Positions 38,238-50,600 of a stretch of DNA of 64,000 nt are shown here, in pieces. How positions within the stretch are numbered: position 1 is the stretch's first letter; every line of letters starts with the position of its first letter. The notes under the pieces were generated by a model, which searched no databases, was not told the DNA's origin, and saw nothing but the letters and a program-made list of their open reading frames with translations. A program made the position numbers and the translations under genes. Origin of the DNA: Hydrolagus affinis (Eukaryota); contig JAAILG010000167.1 in NCBI GenBank assembly GCA_012026655.1, forward strand, positions 1-64,000, given 5' to 3'.

Positions 38238-38650
38238 AACAACAACAACAACAAAATTACATTTATAGAGTGCCTTTCATGTCAGGAAGTGATTCCAAGG
38301 TGCTGAACAGTCAGGGAGGTAGGAACCGAGCATTGGGGAGGGGCGGGGTAGGGGGTAGGGGAGGCAGAGAGGTGGGAGGGTGGCTGAAGGCACAATTGAA
38401 AAGGAGGGCCTCGAGACCGGCCTTGTAGGAGGCAAGTGGGGGAAGCAAGGTGCAGAGGTTGTGGGTTGGAGTTCCAGAGTGTGGGGGCAGAGAGGGCAGA
38501 AGACATGGAGCAGACCGGAGCCAGGTGAACGGAGGAGAAGGTCTTGAAAGTGAGGATGAGGATCTTGAATTTGATCCTCTGTGGGATGGGGAGCCAATAG
38601 AACCAGGAGAGGGTAGGAGTGATGGGGTCGCGGAGCCTGGTGTGGGAGGC
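38238..38650 (-). mobile_element. L2 LINE 3' end with (TTG)n tail
   Basis: Minus-strand PGSIGSPSHRGSNSRSSS, APTLWNS and LFNCAF, ending in the stem-loop and CAA-repeat tail at 38238-38300. Confidence 0.8.
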
Positions 38651-41391
38651 TGGTTCCTGGTTCTGAAATTGCCTTTCACAACCTTGACATCTTGGCCTGC
38701 TTCATTGGTGTATCAGAAAGTATTGTTCCTTATTTACTTTATCCAAGTTTACTTTATTAACACAGGTTCCTGACTTCTGCAATGAGGTTATAGTGGATTA
38801 GCAAACATTCGTTTGATCTCTGAAATGGTGTCATAGAATTGGATTACCATGTGGCCCTTTGATCTCTGGAATAGAGTTATCCACAGGGTTAACACTAGAA
38901 CAAGACAGACGTTGACACTGCCTTAAGTAGTTGTTCTCCAATTCTTCAACTCTCTTCAGATGGTTTAGAGTGGTTCTATTTAAAGATATCAAATGCACAG
39001 AATGTCCAATTTTTTAGTGCATTGCAATTAAAAACAACAGTACATAATATTTCAGGTGTAAACTCTGTTTATAATTGGGGTGAGGAATAGATTAATTTTC
39101 CACATTTTAATTAGTTGTCAGCCCTCCTCAGATAGTAGTAGTTTTACTTCTGAGGAAGAAGGTTGTGTGTTCAAGCACTGGACAAAAGGACATAGCAAGG
39201 AAATAGGTCAAACTAGTCTTTGTTGGGTAGGAGGTTGAGGATAGGCAGTAGGAAAAAATTGATGAGAATAAACTAGAAAAAATAACATGCATTGATATAG
39301 CTCATCTGGGAAATGGTGCGTTTCTTTTAAATCCAATAATTGCTCTTGTACTGCACAATAGGAGTCAATGCTGGTGCTGATTATTGTTTAAACATTTAGC
39401 TGAAGATATGTGGCAGGTTTATGATTAATTAATAGGCAGCTTGGGAAGCATTAAAATACTACTGTAAATGAGAACTGTAGCGGCAATAGTATGACTGGCA
39501 GTGATATAGGTTATTTTAGTTAAATATGATGTCTAATTGTCTTAATTAGTTTTTAACCCTACTGTTCAAATACAACATGGCTGGGTTTATTTCAATGGGG
39601 AAATGCGACCTGGCTGTAATTATGGTAAGACTACCTGACTAATGAATTGTATTACTATCAGCAGGAAGCTAGGGGATTGCGCCTGCAGACTGTGCAATTT
39701 AGTTTTCATTCCATTTACCCGTGAAAGTTTGAGAGAAATTGAAAACCATTTTTATTGAAGTAAGTTTTACCAGTGCCCATTGAACCCCAGCTGCCTCAGT
39801 TACTTGAGCAATAGACTTGGCACCACTGCTTTTCAATTGCTGTGGGTCCACTGATTCCTTTGAGGTCAGTAAAATGTGCATCACATCTGAAGCATATCCT
39901 CCTTTGTGGGGCACATTGGAGGTTTACACTGGAAAAAACACAGTAATCTGGACTTTGTTGATGGCTGACCAACCCATCTGCCTATCAGTGAAACTTAGAG
40001 GTTGACCTAACCCTAACCCTGCATCCTTAGTTAATAATAATAATAATAATCTTGCATTTGATATAGTTCTAATGAGTTGGGTGCTTGCTGGAAAAATGCT
40101 TTGAAATTCACTAATGCTTTATATGACGGACAATAGCAAATTCACTTTCTCACTTTCTTCAGAAATTAGATAAATAATAAATGTCTTTGATGGACTAAAA
40201 CACCTACCAACTGCTCGGAAGGAGCAAGTGCAGTAAGACTGAAGGACATTTTCCAATTTCATACTTCCAGGAAAAGATTTAAAAATATCATCTCTCACGT
40301 TGAAATCTGAGCTAGAGGAATATTCTGCTGATTGAAATGAATTGCCTCCTGTCGTAAAGTAATAATTTTACTATTAAACCAAAATCCTACCTAGACATCT
40401 CAGGATATATCTATGCAACGACAACAGCAAAATTACATTTGTCAGAAGGACGTCGCAAAGCGACTATATATTATGTGGGAAAAAGATATGGTTATATTGT
40501 TTTATCCTATGAGTTCAGATGAGAATATATAGTATTTGCTTGATTTGCATCAGGGTCTAATCTGAATTGTTTTCCTTTTATTTATGTACAATAAAGGGAT
40601 GGGGATAGTTACAACATTTATGAAACGTCCACCGGGTATGTTACCCAGAGCACAGTGAAGTATGAATATAATCAATCAGAGTTGAGGGTGGCCACATATA
40701 ACTTTGATTTAACCAATCGGCTTTTTAATTTTTTTTTATTATTCTGATGAGCCCTGGTGCGCAGGAAACCTATAACTTTATAGTTACAGTAACTGCATGC
40801 TGTAAGTGCTCTATTTGGAATTATCGGTGAAATTGAATTTGGCTCAGAACTGATAATTAGTTAAATTGTTATATGTAACCTTCTGGTTTGATGTTGCATT
40901 AAAGCTATGGCAGAATTTGTGCGTGGATGCAATTAATGTCCAAATAGCCCTAAACCATCTATCTTCGTAAAAGTATGTCTGATAAAAGACCACAAGCCAC
41001 AACATCATCCCTACATTGGAGAGAGAGAGAAAGAGAGAGGTTAATCAAATTCCTTTTGAATTATGGAAATGCCCACTGCTACAGTTAAAACAAGCTTTAT
41101 GGCAAAAGAAGGATAACTTTTACGTACAAGGGAACAAATGTCTATTTGGAGAGGGTGACTGTATTGGTTTTAGACTTGGTCCTAGGAATGTCTGAGCTAA
41201 GCAATAATTTGTTCCAGTTTGAAATCAACTAATTTCGTTCAAATTTATTTGAAAGATACTATAAACAATAATTAGAATATGATAGGACCATTGAGTGGAC
41301 TACAGAGCAATGGCTTTATGAAGATGCAGTGTCAGCTTATTCAATACCATTTTGCACATCAGTAAATTTGCCTTCTTACAATCTGAGTATT

Positions 41392-43190
41392 TAAAAAATA
41401 TATACTGTATATTTATATATGAATATATTTGTTATAACATAAATCCAAAACAAAATACAAAAACTTATTTTCCATTTTCCAATACTGTACAAAAATACTA
41501 TTCATTTGTTCCCCAGGGATGAACCATGAGAGTATCCAATCCATCTTTTTCCAAACCACCTTTTGCAAAACTACACTCCGGGAAGTGGTGGTCCACGGTC
41601 TCCCACCTTATCAGCCGGCCCAAGGGCAGCGTGCTAACTGGCCCAGATCTTGCTTTTGCGCCTTGGGACGTCCTCCTGACGTGAAAGGCACTATACAAAT
41701 GTAATTTTGATGTTGTTGTTGTTGCATCAACACCCTGAGGAGAAGGGCTCCTTTAATCGCCAGCCAGGCCATATCCTGATGTGTGTTGGTCCGGGCCAGT
41801 GAGAAGGTGTTTTGCCAGAAATATCTGGCTGTTGTCACTGGGTACCTCCCAATCTGGTCTGCCCTCTCCATCGGGCCACCAGACACAGGCTCAGGCAGCT
41901 ACACACAAAGGTGGCCATGAGGATCAGGAATATGTTTGGGGACCCCTTTTCCGGGGCTTTGTGCTTCATGTCCCTGCAGACCATAAGTTGGAAGACCTCT
42001 GGTGACTGCAGTGGCGATGTTCTTGGACAAAGGCCAGACCAGTAACACCAAGAAGGCCTCACACTTTATAACTAGGTTTTTCCCCATGATGGACAGCGAG
42101 CGCCAGCGCTACATCGCCAGTTGTTTCCTTACTATACCTAGACGTTCCTCCCAGCTTTGTTGGCATCGATGTAGTTTGATGTAGTTTGGCTTCACAGCAA
42201 ATGGTATGTGGCTGCATTCTTTCCAATCTCCAAAATACATCACCTCACTTTTCTGGCAGTTGACCTTGGCGCCCATGGCTTGCTGAAACCAGTCGCAAAT
42301 GCCTAGTGGGTTTGAGACTGATTTTTGGTTTGTACAAAAGCCATCGTCCATATACAGGGAAGTCTTGGCTTGTGAGCTGTGGCTGCCCAGGATGGTGACA
42401 CCTCTGATGCTCTTGTGCACCTCTCATGTAAGCGATGTAAGCATGTAAGCGATGGTATCTCTGAGCAGCGCTGTCCGCTATCCTTCAACCTGGAACCGTG
42501 CAGGTCTGGTCCGCGTATGTTACCCGCCTGAGGACACTCTTTATCCACTCGGAGATCACTTTGCCAGGATCTTGCAGTCTACATTCAGCAGTGATACCGG
42601 TTGCCAGTTTTTTTTTATCTCTTCCTTCTCCCACTTTTGTTCGCTCAGTCGGGAAATGCTTCCTTTACTTACATACTCTGCCATGGTCCCTGCTAGCAGC
42701 TGCGGTTAGCTCTGGGCGCATCATGTCCCACAGAGCAGGGTAGAGCTCCACCTTAGTGGGGCCTTAGTGGTCTGGAGGGCTTTGATGGCCCTGGTCAGTT
42801 TGTCTAGGGAGAGAGGATTGTCCAGGTGCTTCCGACTCTCTTCATCCAGCACCTCGGTGAGGCCAGACAGGAAATCCCGGTAGGCTGTGCTCTCTGTGGG
42901 TTTCTGATAGTACGGGTCAACATTAAAAGGATCTGGTGATCCTCTACATATCGGCTTGCTGCATGTGCACCAAGTATGTTTGTCTCTCAGCCCAGTGACA
43001 TGAGAGTTGGTTCTGTTGGCTTTCTGAAAGATTAACTGTAAGCATGTCTTGTCCTGTACTATTGTGCGCACCCTGGATTGGAAAATGACCCTGGATGCCT
43101 GAGGTTTTTTTTGGGAAAATATATATTTATTTATAAATATTTTCATGTCATGAATCCAAAACCAACAGCTGAGGTAGTAACTGTAATGTT
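41392..43190 (-). mobile_element. Decayed, 5'-truncated Tx1/L1-clade non-LTR retrotransposon (ORF2 remnant)
   Basis: Minus-strand fragments ASRVIFQSRVR..QDKTC, LDNPLSLDKLTRAIKAL..KAP, RT motif SLYMDD (42343-42354), GAKVNCQKSE, HQDMAWLAIKGAL and the zinc-finger remnant CPW...ETVDHHFPEC. Multiple frameshifts, stops and deletions. AT-rich 3' tail near 41.4 kb. Confidence 0.88.
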
Positions 43191-43394
43191 GTTGCAAAAC
43201 ATTAAAGGGGTATGGTTCACCTAGGGTTAGGCTCAGCCGTGATGCACCTCCATATATCTCAGATGAATCGATATAGAGGTATATAACATTTTAAATGGGA
43301 TTGAAAAAGTAAACCCAGAATAGTGCTTTTGGATGTACCAGAACAAACAGTAGAACAAATGGATGTACAACAACAACTTTCATTCAGAGGATTC

Positions 43395-43640
43395 AATTCA
43401 AAATCCTGGTCCTCACCTTTAAAGCCCTCTATGGCCTTTCCCCACCCTACCTTTGTGATCTCCTAACCCCCTACCAACCTGTCCACTCCCTCCGCTTGGT
43501 AGGCTCCGGCCTGCTCCATGTCCCCCGACCCACCTGCCCTACCATCGGCGGGCGAGGCTTCAACCACTCTGCCCCCAACCTTCTGGAATTCCATCCTGCA
43601 ATCCCTCTGCCTTGCCAACCTTCCTAGCCTCCTTCAAGTA
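43395..43640 (+). mobile_element. L2 LINE 3' fragment
   Basis: Translates as FKILVLTFKALYGLSPPYLCDLL and PTFWNS, the typical L2 ORF2 C-terminus. Confidence 0.8.
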
Positions 43641-43974
43641 CAATGTGGCATAGCCACAAACATCATAGCCATTACTGTCACATTGAAAGACCAACCCTTA
43701 ATCTCTCTGTCTCTCTTCACCTCTCGCGCTCTTTCTCACACACATTCACACACCGCCATACACACACATATACACAGAATAAATTTCACATCCATTTCCC
43801 TTTTCTTAGTTTAAAAAATATATATTTAGTTCTTGGGAAGCTCAATGCTGATAATAATAATAATAATTCTTGCCTTTGACATAGTGATATTATGTCTTCG
43901 AGATGTCTAAAAGCACTTCACAGAATACACTGTAAAGTGAATTGACTATATTTTGAGGATATCAAAAGGATAAA

Positions 43975-44505
43975 CTGTCTGGTAGGAGTTACTGAGCCCG
44001 ATAGTATGGGGAATCTTTTAACAATGGAGTTGGTGGTACAAGTGGAGTTGGTGGAGCCTGGTGATATAAGGGAGCCAAATTAACAGCAGTATCAATACAT
44101 AAATAGCATAGGACATTGGCTGGGAGTAGTTACTGAACAAGACAATATTTAAGTTACTAGGTTAATATTAGTAGAGCTGCACGCTGGGCTGGATGAGTTA
44201 CTAGGTTCTGTGAGGGAGCTGAATTGCCATGACTAGATATGTCAGTAATTCAGGATGCAGACTGGAAGGAGTTACTGAGCCCAGAGTATGAATGTGCTGG
44301 ATTAATATCATTTAATACAGCCAGTAAAAGCATTTGTTAGTTGGGAGGAGTAACAAAGCCTCACAGTGCAAGGGAGCCAGTTTAACAACAACAGAGATGT
44401 TGTCAACAACAATATAATGCTCTTCATGTAGGAGCTCTCGCCAATAATGAGGCTGGGAGAAGCAATTGAGTTTTATAGTCTGATGGAGCTAGATTAACAC
44501 TAGTG
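43975..44505. repeat. Degenerate tandem array, about 7 units of 60-80 bp (last gap about 110 bp)
   Basis: Recurring core ctggRaggagttactgagccc...agggagctRRattaac. GAGTTACT-like words at about 43986, 44045, 44127, 44195, 44269, 44348 and 44460. Confidence 0.65.
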
Positions 44506-46199
44506 GTGGTATGCTATATAACATAAGGGTTATTATTGGGAAAATCTCTTAAATTGTAACGGTTGGCAAATTTACTCATGATCATATGTGACCTCCCAAC
44601 TCTGCCTGACATAGGAACATATTCAATTTCCTGTTGGTAGCATTTGTTGGCTTCACAGACACAAAAATTTAATATGGTGATTGCTTTTGATGATATCTGG
44701 CTCTCTGTAAAGTGTAGCTGCAGATCACCTAGTCATGGGAATGATTTTGAAGGGGACTACTCTACCCAACCATCTGAAGATGAATTGCCAAGCTCACTGA
44801 AACATACAGAGGTTAATGACTGCATATAATATGCATGCCTTTGACTGTGGTTTTACACCATTACATGCCTACATAACAGCATTCTATATTAAATGCAGTA
44901 ATAGTAGTAATAATCCCAGCATTTGATATGGCACTTTTCACATCTTTTAGACGTCTCAAGTAAGGGGGAATAAAAAGAGTGCATCTCAGTGGGCTTAATG
45001 GTGTGTTTGGACACATGTTTGGACAGCTAGTTCAGTTTCCAAACACTTTCCTTGTAATGTAAGAGCAGCCTTTGGGAGACGGCTTTGTGAGCGATTTATT
45101 TTTCTGATCCGTGGAATTTCCACTGGTATAAACAGGCTTTAGTTTTACTGGGGCAGCTCACTGAATGTTTAGATTATTACCGGCTGAAAGGTTTAAAAGC
45201 CAGTGCAGATTGGATAGTTATGCCAGTTTTAATGTATTTTCAATCTGTATTACTTCAATACATGCACACACACAAAAAAAGTTTTTGTTTTGTTGCATTC
45301 TGTGGAAATCTTGGAAAAGATGTGTTTAGAAAACGGTTTGTCTGGCGCTGACGGGCAGATCTGTCGGTGAGGATTGCTCTATATTAGAGAAAATTACACA
45401 GAAACATCAATTAGAATGCTCTAGGACTTTGACCAAGGGATAGTATTTTTCTTAAATCTTAATATGTGGCTTTTGAAAAAAAGAATTCTGTGCAGTTATT
45501 TAAAGTCAATTTACTAAATATTAGCTCATCTTCCAGTTTTTTTTAAAATGTTCAATTTTTCAACAAAGAATTGTAATTAATAACATCAGAACTGTGTAAT
45601 TTGCCATGTGGTTCAAAGCAACATTTGATATGAAACAGAAAACATCTGTCCCACGACTTTGAGATGAAATGGTTTCAAATCACAGTGTTTCTTAAACATG
45701 GGCTGTTATTGTTGATTCTGACAAAGATTAGCTTTGACCTTGTTTGGTGATTCAAAAGGACTCCTTGTTCAGGAGAAAAGCGACAGTAGCTCAGTGACAA
45801 CAGTGATGCCTCTTCAGTAGATCTAATTGATTTGGTAACAAAATAAATTACAAATCTGACAAAAAGGAGGGAGTTAGACAAAAAGAGGGGGACGAAGGCA
45901 GAACAAGATGGAAAGGAAATTAAAAATTCAGTATTTATCAATTGATATTTGGGGAAAGAATGAGGTGAAGAGGAGGAAGGGTGAGAAATGAGGCTTGAAG
46001 AAGTGGGATAGAAATGATACAACAACAACAAAAACAATTACATTTATAGAGCACCTTTCACATCAGGGGGATGATACTGAACAAATGCAGAGATAACTAA
46101 AAATATACAAGTGATGAACGGGTGCAATGTTCACAGACATACTAAAACAGATGGTGTGACAAGGACAAGAGACAAAGTTAAGCAGAAAAAGGGGCAGAG

Positions 46200-46582
46200 A
46201 TAATAATAATAATAATCCTTGCACTTGATATAGCACATTATCACGTCTTCTAGATGTTTCAAAGCGCTTCACAGAATATCCTGTAAAGTAAATTGACTGA
46301 ATAGTTGTGGGTGTAATGCGACAGACAATTCCACACAATAGTGTCCCACAAACAGTAGTGGATTGAGTGACCAAATTATCATTTTATTTTCATTTTTTCT
46401 TGAGGGGTTATAGTAATAGTATAATAAAGTAAACTTTGGGCATGTTTTATTGCTCCACATACATGATACTACAGTAGTATCATATATGTGGAGCAAGAAA
46501 ACATGCCCAAAGTTTCGTCTTGCTGGAAATCAAACCCAGGTCTCTCGCTTGCAAGGCGAGTGCTCTAACCACTGAACTCCAC
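46200..46582 (-). mobile_element. Full-length tRNA-derived SINE of the same family, with an internal 85-bp palindrome
   Basis: Head ggttagagcactcgccttgcaagcgagagacctgggtttgatttcc and (ATT)n tail at 46200-46215. Confidence 0.85.
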
Positions 46583-49500
46583 AATAACTGCCACATTTGC
46601 TCCAGAAAACCAGTGTCAGGTTATTTATGGAGTGCTTTGGGTAGTTTTGATATTATAAGTGGCATAAAAAGTATTCTGCAAATTATTGATGTCCATTGTA
46701 ATCCTGTTGATTGCAACTTCTCCATTGGAAACAATGAAGGGGATCTGATTGGTGAAGTGTCTTAGCATAATGATGTCTCACCTCTCGGTTTGACTTCCAG
46801 GATGAAAATCACTTTTGTCTGCCGGCTATAAATGACCTTGTGAAGAGTTTAGAATGATCTCTATACAATTCCAGGCAGGCTCAACATACAACTTCGTCCT
46901 AAATTCAGCACTAAATTGGAGATCTCACTTGGGTTTCAATCTGAGGAGTGTGGGAGATTCCAAATATTAATCTCAGGCAGTAGTGTGTGGTCACATTAGA
47001 CCTTTCAACAGAAACTTCAGGCAGATTAACAAAGTGGACTATTGTAGAACAATGGTATCAAATTCATTCAGCCTATGGGCCAGATGAATAGATAAGCATG
47101 ATCAAGGGGCTGCGTAGGGTGGTTTGTATAGAATTTTCAACTGTTGACTGCCCCAATTCCATGAATTACTGACCAATCGCTACATGAAGCCTAAATTATA
47201 TGTTAGTAGCTTTTATCAATGAATAAATACATATCGCTGAATGGTTCAAAATACTGTATAAGCATCAATCAAACAACTTATTCAGAAGTTAATTGAAGTG
47301 CTAGAGACTCGATATCTATTTGAGCATCACAAAAGAATCGTTGTTAGGTTTGATCTCTTGCACTGAGTTCACCATTTGGGGTAAATTTGGGTGCTTTTGT
47401 GTTAATAAAGTTAATAAAAGATAATAAAATATCATGAATTTTGTAATGCGGTTGGTCACACAACATATTTTCTAACATGTTTGTGAAAGATACAGCTGGG
47501 AAATACTGTAAATGGCAGGCAATTTCTATTTTAGTTTGGTTTGGCACTGCAGTTCAATAACTTAATTTGGAGATGAACAGGTACGCTGCCTAATTCTTCT
47601 CCAGTAACTCCTTGCTGATCAGTATGTATATATATATATATATGGATGAGAGCGCAATTGGTTTGGCTTTGATTCTCCCTCATGACCATCCCTCATTCAA
47701 ACACACTCTGTCTGGATTCATACATTGAATAATTGCCACTTGAGAGGGTATTGGAGGGCAATTTTAGTAGATCTGTCCTCAAGCATGAAACCATGAAAAA
47801 AGGGAGCAAATTAAAAATTATAGCTTGGTTACAAACAATGTACATTTCTAAAAATCTTAATGCGTTGCCAGTAGCCCTACTGTACTGTCAAAGAAAGAAC
47901 TAACTAGAATCCAATGTGTTGTACAAATGACATTTCCAGACACTTCAGGACTCTGCATGAACCTTCATAACTTGGTAAAAATTAGTTCGGATGCTGGAAA
48001 ATGTAACTAAAGTGAAATTTTATTTTAGATGTTCTTATTTTTTCTGGATTATGATCAAACTGGTGATTAGAAGGCTTGGTCAGTGACTGAACCTTATGAA
48101 AATTCACTTTCCTAAATTTGTCAGTTGCAGATGAAAGGAAAATATATAGCTTAGAAATGTATTATTAGCTAGGAATTACTGTAAGTGACAACATGTTTTT
48201 GATGCAGCCACTATATTTCTTGTGGCTGTTAGAATCATGTACAAAAAATCTAGAAAGAGCCTTCAACCTGGATTTGGTTGCTCAGAAAAAGTTTATAGGA
48301 TTAATGGACTGCCAGAAAGGAACAAATTTTGATCCCAGGTTAGACCAAGTGGAACAAGTTAATTCACTAGATGTCATGGTAGAGCAGTAAAGTATTGTGC
48401 CAGTAGAACAACAGGCTGCCAATTGAGGGTAAGGTCATGGGTTTCCATCTATCTGTGCCGTCATGGGGGAAGGATTTGAATGATGGTTTTGCAATAGGAG
48501 GAAGGAACAAATGTCAGGATGAATCGATTTGAGCTGCTTTTCACTCACCAACCGAGGGCGTATCAGTGAAGGTTTAGAAATGAAACTCTTGGTTTGTGAC
48601 TAACGAATGCTGATTAGAAAGTACAGATGAGAAATGATAATGGTGGGATAGGTGAAGATTCTAGGAGCACAGTACATAGCATCGCTAAAGTTCTTGCTTG
48701 ATAAAATGTTAGGCTGTATATATGTACGCATTAGCTGGGAACTGGATCAGCCTTGGCTGTGATGCCCTTTCATGGTCGAATAGTCTGCCAACATTTGCTG
48801 TCTTAAATGTGAAGTATGATTTCTTGGGTGAGGTACTAGCAGATGACTGGTATCCCTGGAACTGTGCCTTATTATGCATCAATGTTTCAGGAGAAGAGAG
48901 GGGAAAATCAAGGGGAAAAAAAATGGGAACTGCAGATTAAGTGAATGGTTCAAGGAAAACCCACAGCCTCCTGACCTGGGAGAGCAATACCAACCATGCC
49001 CATGCATCAACAGAAAATAAAAGCAACCAGGAAACAAAATTCCACCTGTCTATCCATCATTGTCTGTTTTCTCAGTCTTGTAAAAGGAGCAATATGTCTG
49101 GTTGTTAAGCTGTTGTAAAATAGTCAGATCGTTGTTGTTTGGCCTTACACCAGCTTTATTGTGTATTATGGCCATGCACCAGTTCTGCCTCTGCGGGATC
49201 ATGTTTCCCCAGTCTCTTAAGTCTTCCACCTGTAGGTCATGTAACTAGATATCGTCCATTCCATCACTTCAATTCACTGAGGGCACGAAAAAAAGTTCAT
49301 CCAATTAAAGGATGAGTCACATGCTGACAAGTAAATTATGAGATTATGGATTTAAAAAAATAAATGATCTCAGAATCCAAATGACAACAGCAAAGTATAT
49401 AATGAACGTTACATCATTCTCCCTCCCCGGAGAGAACTGGCTCAGATATTTAAGGTGTACTAATTAGAAGTGAAAAGCACTTGAAAACAATACCATCATC

Positions 49501-50239
49501 TCCAATGCCAGGAGTGGGATTCAAAGTCAATGAGTATTCTGTCGTTGTGACAACTTAGTCTAACTATTCAATAGAGTCAAAGAAAAAGCACCAACTCATG
49601 TAGCGTCCTTACCAATCAAACTCAGATAAAATGATAGGTTTAAAATTCATTTAAAACATGGTAAAGCATTTCTCAGTGCCTTGGGACGTCCTCCTGAAGT
49701 GAAAGGCATTATCCAAGTGTAATTATGTTGTTGTTGTTGGTAAGGATCTTGAAAGATTGCAATTGCTTTGTCTTTTTGTTCTTTTCTTTGAATTTATCTC
49801 CCCTTCTTTTAAGGAGGTTCTGATTCTGGGACATGGGTTCACAATGCTGACTGCCCTCTGGTCACTCATTGAAATGACCATTCTTCATGAGTCATTGCGT
49901 GAAGCATGTTTTGACAGTCTGTGCTCCATGGATGAGAGGGAATATTACCTTTGATCATAATGTACCCTCACTGAATGTCGATTGGTTAAAAGTAAATGGA
50001 GTTCTTGGTGGAATTAAGAAAAGTGATGTTTGTCAAATACTAAGAAAGTGACTGAAGGAGATGCTGATGTTTTATCAAATGCATGGTCAGAAGTTGTTAT
50101 TGGCTTATTAACTTTAATGTTATTAAATTGTTGTTTATAATCAATCATTGTCCAAATTTCTGGGTAATTGACAACTTACAAAAAAATCAAAGGTCAAATT
50201 GTAGGTCCAAGAATACCAATCATCTATCTTATTCCACTG

Positions 50240-50600
50240 AAGTAGAGGTGATCAAAAGGGTACATGAGGTCTTTAAGATACTGAAAGACGTGGCAGATAG
50301 AGAGGGAAAACAATTTCCTTTAACTTTGTGAATTGATAAAAAGGGGCATAATTTTTGGGGATTGATGGCAGAAAAGTTAGGAGAGGTTATAAAAAAATGT
50401 CTTCTTTCAGAAGGTTGTTAATGTTTCAAATTAATTATCACATAGGCAGCTATTTACCCTGGGTCAATATAATTCTTCAAAAGTGACCCAGGTACAGTAC
50501 ATTGAAAATATTAAGGGACATGTGAAAGAGCTGAAAAATTTAGTTGATTTTTTTTAAAAAAAGTAGCAGTGACACAGACATGATGACCTCTTTACAGAAA
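50240..50600 (+). mobile_element. CR1-type LINE 3' fragment
   Basis: EVFKILK...FPL...GH...FFQKVVN.SN pattern followed by the 3' UTR remnant gacatgatg. Confidence 0.55.

Noticed and set aside
38277-38773. Cluster of 74-122 aa Pro/Gly-rich ORFs
   Set aside because: All lie within a decayed L2 3' end.
40006-40020. Telomeric repeat cctaaccctaaccct
   Set aside because: Only about 2.5 units with no flanking structure.
41498-43197. Active retrotransposon or host gene
   Set aside because: ORF2 is broken into many frames with stops, deletions and nested inserts, and no endonuclease domain or ORF1 is present.
43975-44505. CRISPR array
   Set aside because: Vertebrate DNA, highly degenerate repeats, irregular period and no cas genes.
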